Part shown: one piece after another, positions 6,398-14,637 of the stretch
How the letters are laid out: every line of letters begins with the position of its first letter
Position numbering within the stretch: the first letter of the stretch is position 1
Translations under genes and position numbers: made by a program
Notes under the pieces: model-generated
Told to the model about the DNA's origin: nothing
Databases searched by the model: none
What the model saw: the letters and a program-made list of their open reading frames with translations, nothing else
Assembly: GCA_015523565.1 (NCBI GenBank)
Contig: WAKA01000159.1
Span: 1-16,706 of the forward strand
DNA: 16,706 bases
Direction of reading: 5' to 3'
DNA from: Candidatus Heimdallarchaeota archaeon
GTDB lineage: Archaea > Asgardarchaeota > Heimdallarchaeia > Heimdallarchaeales > Kariarchaeaceae

Positions 6398-8266
6398 ATG
6401 GATTATGCTTGGCAAAGTGCCTTCACTCATCTTATGAAAGAAGGTCAATTTGAAGAAGGATTGAAATTACTTGGGAACTTAACCCCTTCCAATAAACAAG
6501 AGCGACTTGAGATTCTTCTTTCAATCGGGATGATATATGAAAAACAACATATGTGGGAAAAGCTTCAAACCACTGCCGATGAGGCTTTGAGCATTGCAAA
6601 TGAACTTTCATTTCCAGAACAAATTTTACGGGCTAGAGTTTTAAAATGCTATGATTTTTTTGGTCGAATGAAACTAAAAGAGGGGCTTACTTTTGCAGAG
6701 GAATCCATCTCTTTTGCATCCGATATGTCCCTGGAAAATTCGGAATATGCCGAACTCCTTTATTTATTGGGGATTTTCCATTATTACAATCGCAATTTTG
6801 TAAGTTCCCATCAATATTTTGACAAATCAAATGCAATAAGGCAAAATTTGGGTGATTTACAATCTATCGCCCATATACAAAATGCAAAAGCCATCGTCTA
6901 TGAAAAAATGGGAGACCTCAAAAATGCACGAAAATTATATTTGTCTGCATTGGGACTTAAGGAAAAACATGGGGACATAACAGAGTTGGCACGTGCATAC
7001 TACAACTTGGGGGCTTTTTTCTATTCAATTGGTGAATATGAGCTTTCAGATAAATATAGCCAAAAAAGCCTTCCTCTTTTTGAGAAACTTAATAGCAATT
7101 TTTTAGGGGATGCCATTTTTCTTTCATCACAACTTCAATTTGAAAAAGGAAATTATTTGGAATCACTTTCCCTTTTAACAAAGTCATTTACATATATCTC
7201 CAAGACACACGATCCTCTTAAGTATTTTAACGCCCTGATGTTACAATGCTCCCTTCACCATAAATTAAAAAAAGGAATGTCTGAAATCAAAACGGAAATC
7301 AATCAGATGTTACAGAACCATCCCCATAATCCAGAATTGCAGATGCAGGGGTTGCTTTTCCAAGCCATTTCAAGAATATATGCTACAAGGCTCTCTGAAA
7401 AATTTTCTGCAATTGAATTTCTTGATGAAATTATTTCCTTGCAATCTATCCATTCTGAGAGTTATGTTGAAGCATTGCTGTTGAAATGCAGTCTTGTATC
7501 TGAAGAGATGGAATTTACAAGTGAATTGCCTGCAATAGAGGAACTTGCTGGACTGGCATTAAAGGTTAAGGAATATGGTGAACAAAATAATTCCCCATAC
7601 CATATTGTTAAGGGGTTGTTCTTTCTCTCAAAAAGCTATTTTTACAGTAATCAAATTGAAACGGGAATTAAAACCTATCAAACTGCCTTCTCTCTTGCTG
7701 TTGAAAAAGGGATGGGTCGACTTGCCAAAGAAATTGCTTATGGTTTCGACAAGGACATGAAAAGGGTTAACTTTTCTAAAAACAGCTCATTTCAAAAAAT
7801 TTTCTTTGAAATTTCCAATTTTGAAACTTCTGAAGAACCATCTCCGCCCTCAAAGTTGCACGAGGCTCCTTTAATGTTTGTTATCATTAACGAGGCCGGG
7901 ATCGCGAAGTATTCAAAGACATTTCATCAGGGGATAAGTATCAACACCAATTTAGTTGCCTCCTTCATTTCAGCCATGCAGTTGTTTTTGAAAGAGGCCT
8001 TTAACAACAATGAAAACATGAGATACATTTGGAATGAAAGCTATGGTCTTGTATTTGATAGTTTTTCCACGATTTATCTTTGTTATGTGTTCAAGGGGAA
8101 TTCCTATTATCCCTTGAAAAAGATTCTATCATTGAAAGACAAAATCCTCACGTCCTTTGTGAGCAAGGAATTGAATGGTCGAAAATCCCTTTCAACCCTT
8201 TCAAAAACTGTAATTGATGAAATTGTCACCGAGGTTATCCTGAATCACTTTGAACCTACACTCTAG
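6398..8266 (+). CDS. Tetratricopeptide repeat protein with C-terminal longin/roadblock-like domain
   Basis: Long (about 40-aa) TPR-like units, e.g. 'AELLYLLGIFHYYNRNFVSSHQYFDKS', 'IAHIQNAKAIVYEKMGDLKNARKLYLSAL' and 'LARAYYNLGAFFYSIGEY'. The C-terminal alpha/beta domain reads 'PLMFVIINEAGIAKYSKTF...LVASFISAMQLFLKEAF...LCYVFKGNSY'. Confidence 0.85.
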   Translation: MDYAWQSAFTHLMKEGQFEEGLKLLGNLTPSNKQERLEILLSIGMIYEKQHMWEKLQTTADEALSIANELSFPEQILRARVLKCYDFFGRMKLKEGLTFAEESISFASDMSLENSEYAELLYLLGIFHYYNRNFVSSHQYFDKSNAIRQNLGDLQSIAHIQNAKAIVYEKMGDLKNARKLYLSALGLKEKHGDITELARAYYNLGAFFYSIGEYELSDKYSQKSLPLFEKLNSNFLGDAIFLSSQLQFEKGNYLESLSLLTKSFTYISKTHDPLKYFNALMLQCSLHHKLKKGMSEIKTEINQMLQNHPHNPELQMQGLLFQAISRIYATRLSEKFSAIEFLDEIISLQSIHSESYVEALLLKCSLVSEEMEFTSELPAIEELAGLALKVKEYGEQNNSPYHIVKGLFFLSKSYFYSNQIETGIKTYQTAFSLAVEKGMGRLAKEIAYGFDKDMKRVNFSKNSSFQKIFFEISNFETSEEPSPPSKLHEAPLMFVIINEAGIAKYSKTFHQGISINTNLVASFISAMQLFLKEAFNNNENMRYIWNESYGLVFDSFSTIYLCYVFKGNSYYPLKKILSLKDKILTSFVSKELNGRKSLSTLSKTVIDEIVTEVILNHFEPTL

Positions 8267-8298
8267 ACATTTAATTCAACCTTGGTGTATGATTATAT

Positions 8299-8320
8299 TG
8301 TCAAGACATGTGTTTTGACA
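8299..8320. terminator. Near-perfect 22-bp inverted repeat between convergent genes (possible bidirectional terminator or protein-binding site)
   Basis: TGTCAAGACA-TG-TGTTTTGACA with one mismatch (a G-U pair on the plus strand). It lies between the TPR stop (8266) and the operon's last stop (8350). Confidence 0.4.
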
Positions 8321-8349
8321 CCTGCGAACCTAACTCTCTCAGCTGTTTT

Positions 8350-9063
8350 CTAGCTGGGAGACCCCCCTTTTCTTTTTTGTTTTATCCATTGCCAAATGTA
8401 GACCGTCAAGACAATGGCAAAAGAAAGAACCAAGAAAATAAAAGTCACTTGTATGAATTTGAAATAATAGATTGAAAGTTTGGTAATGACTAAGTTTGAA
8501 ACAGAAAGGATGATGAAAATAAGTGAGAATTTCAGAGTGAAGTTTGTGATCAACGCCCTTTTGCTTGTTTCAATTTCCTTAACGTCAATCCTATAATCAG
8601 TTACTTCCAAATTCCGCAATGCATTGTCCAGTTTTTCCTCAACTGCCTTGGATTTTGGGATAAAAATCTCGTCCACTAAATTTATCATTTGGAGCATTAT
8701 GGATGTGGTTGCAAGCTTTATGAAGAAGGCAACAGAGTAAACCCATACAACCCATGGTTCTTTGAAAGAGACTGGAGATACCTTTATCCAATAAAATAGG
8801 ATGACAATTTCTGTAATTCTGAAGGTTGTTCCCCTTCTGGATTGTGGGCGCATGTATTGCAAGACAAGAACGCCTATGATGATTACAATGTTCAAATAAG
8901 CAATTACAAAATCCTTGTAATAGATCGACTGCACTAAATTAAGTAAAATGACTGATATGGATGCCAAAAAATCTATTTGTGAAACAGGGAAAAAGAATTT
9001 TTTTGACGGATGTCCAGGCTTCCAGTCTTCTAGAATAATTGGGTCTTCTCGCAACGATTTCAC
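8350..9063 (-). CDS. Hypothetical polytopic membrane protein (about 6 TM), last gene of the MoxR operon
   Basis: Multiple hydrophobic segments. It overlaps the DUF58 stop (GTGA). GGAGGTGA at 9060-9067 suggests the in-frame TTG at 9054 as an alternative start. Confidence 0.8.
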   Translation of the reverse strand: MKSLREDPIILEDWKPGHPSKKFFFPVSQIDFLASISVILLNLVQSIYYKDFVIAYLNIVIIIGVLVLQYMRPQSRRGTTFRITEIVILFYWIKVSPVSFKEPWVVWVYSVAFFIKLATTSIMLQMINLVDEIFIPKSKAVEEKLDNALRNLEVTDYRIDVKEIETSKRALITNFTLKFSLIFIILSVSNLVITKLSIYYFKFIQVTFIFLVLSFAIVLTVYIWQWIKQKRKGGSPS

Positions 9064-10622
9064 CTCCGTCTTGTCTTTCCAGAAAGATCCATTGCCTTTT
9101 TCAATTCCAAAAGGATATTTGTATTGTATCCGTCAATCAGATGAAACCAAGCTCCTGCAGATATGACTGCCTTCCTCATGTCCCTAATCCTGACAAGGTA
9201 TTTTCTTCTAACCATTGGTTCCAATATGTTTCTTCTGACTGCTATTTCATCAACAGAATATGTATTCTCATCGAGAGCTGATTGCATCCACAACGTTCCA
9301 AATGCGGGGGTGTTGCATGCGAAAAGGAAGATCCTTTGGACATAAGGGCGAATTTTCACGATCCCATGCTTAACTTGAGTTGGTTCTTTCTCAACATCAG
9401 TCAAGATGATTACAACGGTGTCATAAAGCTTGTTGACCATTAACGATCGGAAAAGTGCATCGTAGCTGAATTCAATGCCTTCTGGTGTAATCCTATGCAA
9501 CTCAATCCCCAATCTCCTGATTGCCGCGGGGGATACTCCGACACTGACTTTTTTCAGTTCCCTGTGACCGATCGCCAAAATGTGGGTCGAATGCTCGGTT
9601 CTCCTTAATGCTTTTGCCAATTCAACGGCTGAAGAATACACAAACTCGAGTTTTGCCCCTGCCATCATCAATGAGCTGTCAAGAACAATTACAAATCTCA
9701 ATTGCCGAGGTTCCTCAAATTCCTTGGAAATAAGTTTATTATATTTTGCAGTTGCTTTCCATGCAATATTTCGGATTTCATCACCAAACTCGAAATCCTT
9801 CAATGAAAGGAAATCACTTCCAGATCCGCGTTGTGGCACAGATATTTCCGAAATGAATTGGTCTAGAATCTTCTGTTTCAATGACCATGGAAGTTGAACC
9901 CTCTGTGGTTCAGGAAGCACGACGATCCTTTGCATTGGCACCACTGACTTGTGAACATAAAACATCCCTGGGATGCCATTAAGCTCCAATGTTATTTTTT
10001 TGATTGTCTCTTTTCCCCTAGCTGGTGCATAAAACAAAAATGTTCGTGTCACCTTTTCGTTTGGCTTGGCATAAAAAATGGAGACACTTGGTAAATAAAC
10101 TGGAAACAAGCCATTACTGACCTCTAGGACAATTTTCCCATATAGTTTCTTTTTGGTTTCCAGAATTACCTGTACTGGAACAAACATTTTTGCTTCAATC
10201 TGTGTGGTTGGGATGAATATCGTTAGTCTTGCATCAATGCTTTGCTGTTTGGTTGCCGAGAAAAATAAAATAAGAAACAATGTAATGGGTGTAAATCCAA
10301 TTATCCAGCTTAGGGGATTCAACGAGAATACTGCCGACATTGCGAGGACACTGGAGATCAAAAGAACAGCATATCCTGCAGATGTAATTCCAAAAAAGGT
10401 TGGTATTTCATCAAATTCCTGTTCTACTGTTGTCCTGTACGTGTCTGCCCTTTTTGCCTCTTTTTCTGTCAACAGGTATCCACTTCGTGGATCAATACGA
10501 TGGTCAATGCTTTCGAATGGTGAGGTGTTCATGAAACCGGGAAATGCGTCATCATCATCTAATGTATCATAAACTGAAAGCATGTCAGGAATGTAATTTG
10601 GAGTTTCACCCTGTTTTGACAT
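9060..10622 (-). CDS. DUF58 / vWA-domain membrane-anchored protein
   Basis: Two N-terminal TMs, an Ig-like beta region ('FYAPARGKETIKKITLEL'), the DUF58 motif 'GSGSDFLSLKDFEFGDEIRNIAWKATAK' and vWA strands 'VIVLDSS' and 'IILTD'. It lies directly downstream of moxR. Confidence 0.9.
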   Translation of the reverse strand: MSKQGETPNYIPDMLSVYDTLDDDDAFPGFMNTSPFESIDHRIDPRSGYLLTEKEAKRADTYRTTVEQEFDEIPTFFGITSAGYAVLLISSVLAMSAVFSLNPLSWIIGFTPITLFLILFFSATKQQSIDARLTIFIPTTQIEAKMFVPVQVILETKKKLYGKIVLEVSNGLFPVYLPSVSIFYAKPNEKVTRTFLFYAPARGKETIKKITLELNGIPGMFYVHKSVVPMQRIVVLPEPQRVQLPWSLKQKILDQFISEISVPQRGSGSDFLSLKDFEFGDEIRNIAWKATAKYNKLISKEFEEPRQLRFVIVLDSSLMMAGAKLEFVYSSAVELAKALRRTEHSTHILAIGHRELKKVSVGVSPAAIRRLGIELHRITPEGIEFSYDALFRSLMVNKLYDTVVIILTDVEKEPTQVKHGIVKIRPYVQRIFLFACNTPAFGTLWMQSALDENTYSVDEIAVRRNILEPMVRRKYLVRIRDMRKAVISAGAWFHLIDGYNTNILLELKKAMDLSGKTRRR

Positions 10623-10631
10623 TGTACATCC

Positions 10632-11579
10632 CTAAATCGATACTGGAACGTCTCTGATCACAGATGCCAAAATTTGCTCGACAGGTATCTGTTCAACCTC
10701 TGCCTGAGGCGTCAGAATAATCCTATGGTTAAGGACATGATAAAACAACTGCTTAATGTCATCAGGCTCAACATATCCTCTGCCATGCATTGCGGCCCAA
10801 GCCCTTCCCATGGTCATCAACGCAAGGCTTGCCCTAGGCGAACCACCTAACGCCAATGATGGGAGGAATCGTGTGCGAACCACCAACCTGCTTATATACT
10901 CCAACACTTGGTCTGAAATCTCCACTTTTTCTATTTCCTTTTGGATAGTCAATATCTCTTCCATGTTGGTCACTGCATTGACAGGTGGAACAAATTTTTC
11001 CCGTTTCGATTTCAATATTTCAACTTCTTGGTTATAATCAGGCAAATGCATTATCAACCGTATCATGAACCGATCCAATTGTGCCTCTGGTAAAGGATAG
11101 ACTCCTACCTGTTCAATTGGGTTCTGGGTTGCCATGACGAAAAATGGTTTTTCAAGGGGATAGGTTTTCCCTTCTACGGTCACCTGTTTTTCTTGCATGG
11201 ATTCAAGAAGGGCGGCCTGTGTTTTCGGTGGTGCTCTTGATATCTCATCACAAAGCACAACGTTTGCAAAAATCGGTCCCGGAATGAACTTGAACTCTTG
11301 GTTTTTCTGGTCATATATTGAAGAACCTGTTATATCCGCAGGCATAAGGTCTGGCGTGAATTGTATCCTTTTATATTTCAACCCCAAAACGTCCGCCAAG
11401 GTACTTGCCAAATATGATTTTGCAATTCCCGGCACTCCTTCTATCAGGACATGACCCCTTGCAAACAAGGTAGCTAGAATCAGGTAGATGTTCTGCTCAT
11501 TTCCGATGATCCTTTTCTTCATTTCATTGACAATGCGGTCTGTCAAATCTTTGACTGTGTTGAGATCAACACTGTACAT
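10632..11579 (-). CDS. moxR: MoxR-family AAA+ ATPase (MoxR proper subfamily)
   Basis: Walker A 'GHVLIEGVPGIAKS', 'RIQFTPDLMPADITG', Walker B 'VVLCDEISRAPPKTQAALLESMQE', 'ATQNPIEQ..YPLPEAQLDRFM' and lid motif 'GGSPRAS'. Confidence 0.96.
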   Translation of the reverse strand: MYSVDLNTVKDLTDRIVNEMKKRIIGNEQNIYLILATLFARGHVLIEGVPGIAKSYLASTLADVLGLKYKRIQFTPDLMPADITGSSIYDQKNQEFKFIPGPIFANVVLCDEISRAPPKTQAALLESMQEKQVTVEGKTYPLEKPFFVMATQNPIEQVGVYPLPEAQLDRFMIRLIMHLPDYNQEVEILKSKREKFVPPVNAVTNMEEILTIQKEIEKVEISDQVLEYISRLVVRTRFLPSLALGGSPRASLALMTMGRAWAAMHGRGYVEPDDIKQLFYHVLNHRIILTPQAEVEQIPVEQILASVIRDVPVSI

Positions 11580-11643
11580 ATACTGTCTGTTTCATGTATG
11601 GTAAAAAAGGTTCTTGCTAGGATTATGTTCAAATCCCAATAGA

Positions 11644-13035
11644 TTATTTTTCATTTGCTGTTTCTTCATAAGGGATCTCAAAATAATCTCGTTTTGTATC
11701 TATGGCAATTGATGACCTTGTTGAAAATGTGGGCAAGTCAAATATGGATATTTCCCTTTCTTTTTCCCTAATAATGCCTTGGACGAACAATGGGTGCTTT
11801 TCAATCAAATCAAGGACGTATCTTGTTTTTTCCAATATGGTCAAGGCAGTTTCTGTATCATATTGGTTTGTTGCAAGATTTACCAATGATTGGTAGAGCT
11901 TTTTGGGAATGATCCTTTCAAGACCCTCTTCATCTATGAACTGCAAATTGTCAATTGCTATTTTACTGTAATAATCAGCTCCATATTCCCGCATTAAAAA
12001 CTGTTCTTTAATCAGCTGGTCCTCTTCAATACTCAATGGCACTGCCGGTATTCGATCCGTATGCAAACTCTCCATTCTTCTTGTCAATTTTTGTTTGAAT
12101 GCAGTCTCAAATGTTGATGTGCTCCCAAAAAGCCCTGTAAAAAAGCTGGCTGCAAATAAGACGAAAACAAAGATGTACGTGAAAATGATGAATGGTCTTT
12201 CTGGAGATTGTTTTTCAATTGTCATCCTCAATCCCTCTTGGTTGACTGGTATGTAAACCAAGTTTCTCTCATAGAAGACGAATTTCCTGATGTTGAGACC
12301 ATTTGATATAACTATTGATTCAAATAAATTCAAATTTTGGGGATAAAGTGAAGTGAAATTATTTTTCAACATATATTCGTCGGCAATCAAGAATTGGTTC
12401 CTGTCCTGTAACGCAACAACATTGTTCTTTGGGTCGGGATACTTCTCTTCATAAATTGCATTGCATAATTCCCACGAATGATCCGCAATGAGCAAGGCTT
12501 CTGCTGATGTTTCAGAATAGAATGAAAATGCGGCTGGGATGATGGAAACAAAGGTTTCATTCGTATCTTTTAGTTTAACAGGTACGTGGGCAATACTGTA
12601 AGTATTATTGCTGTCCAATTTGAATACCCTGCATGTTTGCAGGCTTACGCCAAACATATCCATAGAAATCTCCACTAATTTTCCAAGATAAAATGTTGGA
12701 AGTCCTCTTTTCATTCTTTCTTTTAGATAATTCATGTCTTGGCTGTTCGGTGGTGATTCTGGCGGAAAGACCAATGCGGTTGTCTGTTCCAATTTCAATG
12801 TTTCTAGTGGTTCAACTGTCCTATCCACCACATACCCTTGATCTTTTAATGCAGTAGCCAATTGTGAAAATCCTGTTTGGGTTGTGTCTCTTATTGAGCC
12901 ATATGGTGCCCATTCAGGGAACAGGTTTAGGACTCCAGGGAGTGTCACGAAAAGAAGTATAGTAATATATGTAAATGCAAAATATCTAAGTTTTAACTTT
13001 TTATTCAATGTCTTTATCAAAAGCAGGGCATTCAT
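11644..13035 (-). CDS. DUF4350-like membrane protein (TM, extracytoplasmic domain, TM, cytoplasmic helical tail)
   Basis: N-terminal TM followed by 'YGSIRDTTQTGFSQLATALKDQGYVV', then 'LIADEYMLKN' and a second TM near residue 285. It sits directly upstream of moxR, as DUF4350 genes do, and overlaps the upstream gene by ATGA. Confidence 0.65.
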   Translation of the reverse strand: MNALLLIKTLNKKLKLRYFAFTYITILLFVTLPGVLNLFPEWAPYGSIRDTTQTGFSQLATALKDQGYVVDRTVEPLETLKLEQTTALVFPPESPPNSQDMNYLKERMKRGLPTFYLGKLVEISMDMFGVSLQTCRVFKLDSNNTYSIAHVPVKLKDTNETFVSIIPAAFSFYSETSAEALLIADHSWELCNAIYEEKYPDPKNNVVALQDRNQFLIADEYMLKNNFTSLYPQNLNLFESIVISNGLNIRKFVFYERNLVYIPVNQEGLRMTIEKQSPERPFIIFTYIFVFVLFAASFFTGLFGSTSTFETAFKQKLTRRMESLHTDRIPAVPLSIEEDQLIKEQFLMREYGADYYSKIAIDNLQFIDEEGLERIIPKKLYQSLVNLATNQYDTETALTILEKTRYVLDLIEKHPLFVQGIIREKEREISIFDLPTFSTRSSIAIDTKRDYFEIPYEETANEK

Positions 13036-13841
13036 TTTCTTTTCTCACCTCTCGGTTTTGGTTTGAACAGGTCAGTTTTCATTGGAATTATTTCCCATTT
13101 ATGTACCTCATTCATTTTCTCTTCAAACCATTTCGTCAATCTCTCTTGTCTAATCTTGTCATTTTCATCAATGAAGAGGTGTTGCAACGCAACCAGGGTA
13201 TCTTTGACATCCTTTTCTGTTCCATTTGCCATACCGTATTGTATCTTATAGAAAATATCCACTATCATGAATATGCTGGGCTTAAACACGGGATTGATGA
13301 CACCATATGCATATTCCTTCGGTGTCCAATGCTTTGGTCTGGCGATTTTCCGAAAATGATCCAGTTGCTCATCTAGAACATGGAAGGCCTCAATTATTCC
13401 TTCTCTGTATTTGCCGGTCATCAAGCTGTTTTGCAAGATACGGATTGCCTCATCTCGTGAAAACTTCAACCTTTTGACCTTTTCCTTCATTCTTATTGGT
13501 TTGGACACTCTCTCTACCTTTCCAAACCGTACCTTCCTTAAAGTATATGCGATAAACACCGTTACTACGACGGCCACCAAGAAAAATATTAGATAAACGA
13601 TGTATTGAAGAAATCCTAAATTCGCTCTTGGTGGATTGACATTTGGATTTCTTGCAGAAGGCAATGATGGCGTCGGGGTTGGTAATGGGTCTGTAATTTT
13701 TGGTAAGTCAGTATAGGGTTTGGAATACAGTATCCCTGGCAATATAAGTAACACTAAAAATCCAAAACCTGCAAATAGGTACATTGCCATTTCTTTGCCA
13801 ATCGTTTCAATTTTTTCCATTGTCTTTTGCATATCTGCCAA
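13032..13841 (-). CDS. DUF4129-like membrane protein
   Basis: TM, Pro-rich loop, TM, then 'GKYREGIIEAFHVLDEQL...RPKHWTPKEYA...FYKIQYG', the DUF4129 signature (T-P-x-E-Y ... F/Y-x-x-x-x-YG). TTG start with GGAGG upstream. Confidence 0.75.
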   Translation of the reverse strand: MADMQKTMEKIETIGKEMAMYLFAGFGFLVLLILPGILYSKPYTDLPKITDPLPTPTPSLPSARNPNVNPPRANLGFLQYIVYLIFFLVAVVVTVFIAYTLRKVRFGKVERVSKPIRMKEKVKRLKFSRDEAIRILQNSLMTGKYREGIIEAFHVLDEQLDHFRKIARPKHWTPKEYAYGVINPVFKPSIFMIVDIFYKIQYGMANGTEKDVKDTLVALQHLFIDENDKIRQERLTKWFEEKMNEVHKWEIIPMKTDLFKPKPRGEKRK

Positions 13842-13842
13842 T

Positions 13843-14637
13843 TTAGCTTTCCTCCTTTATTGACTTGATTTTCTGTACCAATCTCCCATACACCAAACAT
13901 CTCCTGAATGTGCTTTCATAATCACAAATTTTCGGCAAGGCTATTGTCTGGTAGTTTAAATATGTGCATGTGTCAGTTTTCTGGTTTTTGAAAGGGCAAT
14001 GCTTGACTGGTTCATTAGGCGTTGGGGGGATTTGTCCTTGGAGCAACAGGAAATTCCTGTACATTTGCGGAGTTGCTTTTGCTTTCCGATCTTTCAACTT
14101 GAATATTCCTTCAAAAGGCAAGAAAACGACAAAAATTGCTGGGGTCAATACAATGCCTACAATTAGAAACAAAAATGCCATTGAGCGCAAATATACTAAA
14201 AGTAAAAGGGGAAGCACTTGTAAGGGTGTAGATGGTATAATGAAGGAAATCCCAATGATTGTAATTGGAATGCCCAAAAAAGCGGTAATGAATGCTGCAC
14301 CTTGAACTAACTTTGAAAATGCCTTGTCTTGGAATTCAATTCGAAGGTAGATGCCGTAAGCCAAAGCAGCCCCAAAAATGGACAGTATTGACTTGAAAAT
14401 ACCTGCTTCTGAATAAAACAAGATTATCAAATATGTAAAAATCATGTAAAAGACACTTATACTGGGTGAAATTGTCACATTTTCCATTGATACAATTTTT
14501 GATATGGATTCATTTCCACCTATCATCATGAATATGATGGGAAATACCACCAATCCTGCAATAACTTTCTTTAATTCCTCCCCTTTATCCCAAAATTGCA
14601 TCTGGATGTTTGTGAACAGTTTTTGAGTTGACATCAT
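13843..14637 (-). CDS. Hypothetical membrane protein (about 5 TM) with C-terminal four-cysteine domain
   Basis: Hydrophobic helices over roughly residues 25-175. Tail 'HCPFKNQKTDTCTYL...PKICDYESTFRRCLVY'. ATGA overlap with the protease stop and SD GGAGGTG at about 14640-14646. Confidence 0.8.
   Translation of the reverse strand: MMSTQKLFTNIQMQFWDKGEELKKVIAGLVVFPIIFMMIGGNESISKIVSMENVTISPSISVFYMIFTYLIILFYSEAGIFKSILSIFGAALAYGIYLRIEFQDKAFSKLVQGAAFITAFLGIPITIIGISFIIPSTPLQVLPLLLLVYLRSMAFLFLIVGIVLTPAIFVVFLPFEGIFKLKDRKAKATPQMYRNFLLLQGQIPPTPNEPVKHCPFKNQKTDTCTYLNYQTIALPKICDYESTFRRCLVYGRLVQKIKSIKEES

Noticed and set aside
3803-8325. ACCTGC-like word in three intergenic regions (about 3803 reverse, 6323, 8319)
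   Set aside because: It is only 6-7 bp, with inconsistent position and orientation relative to genes, and cannot be told apart from chance.
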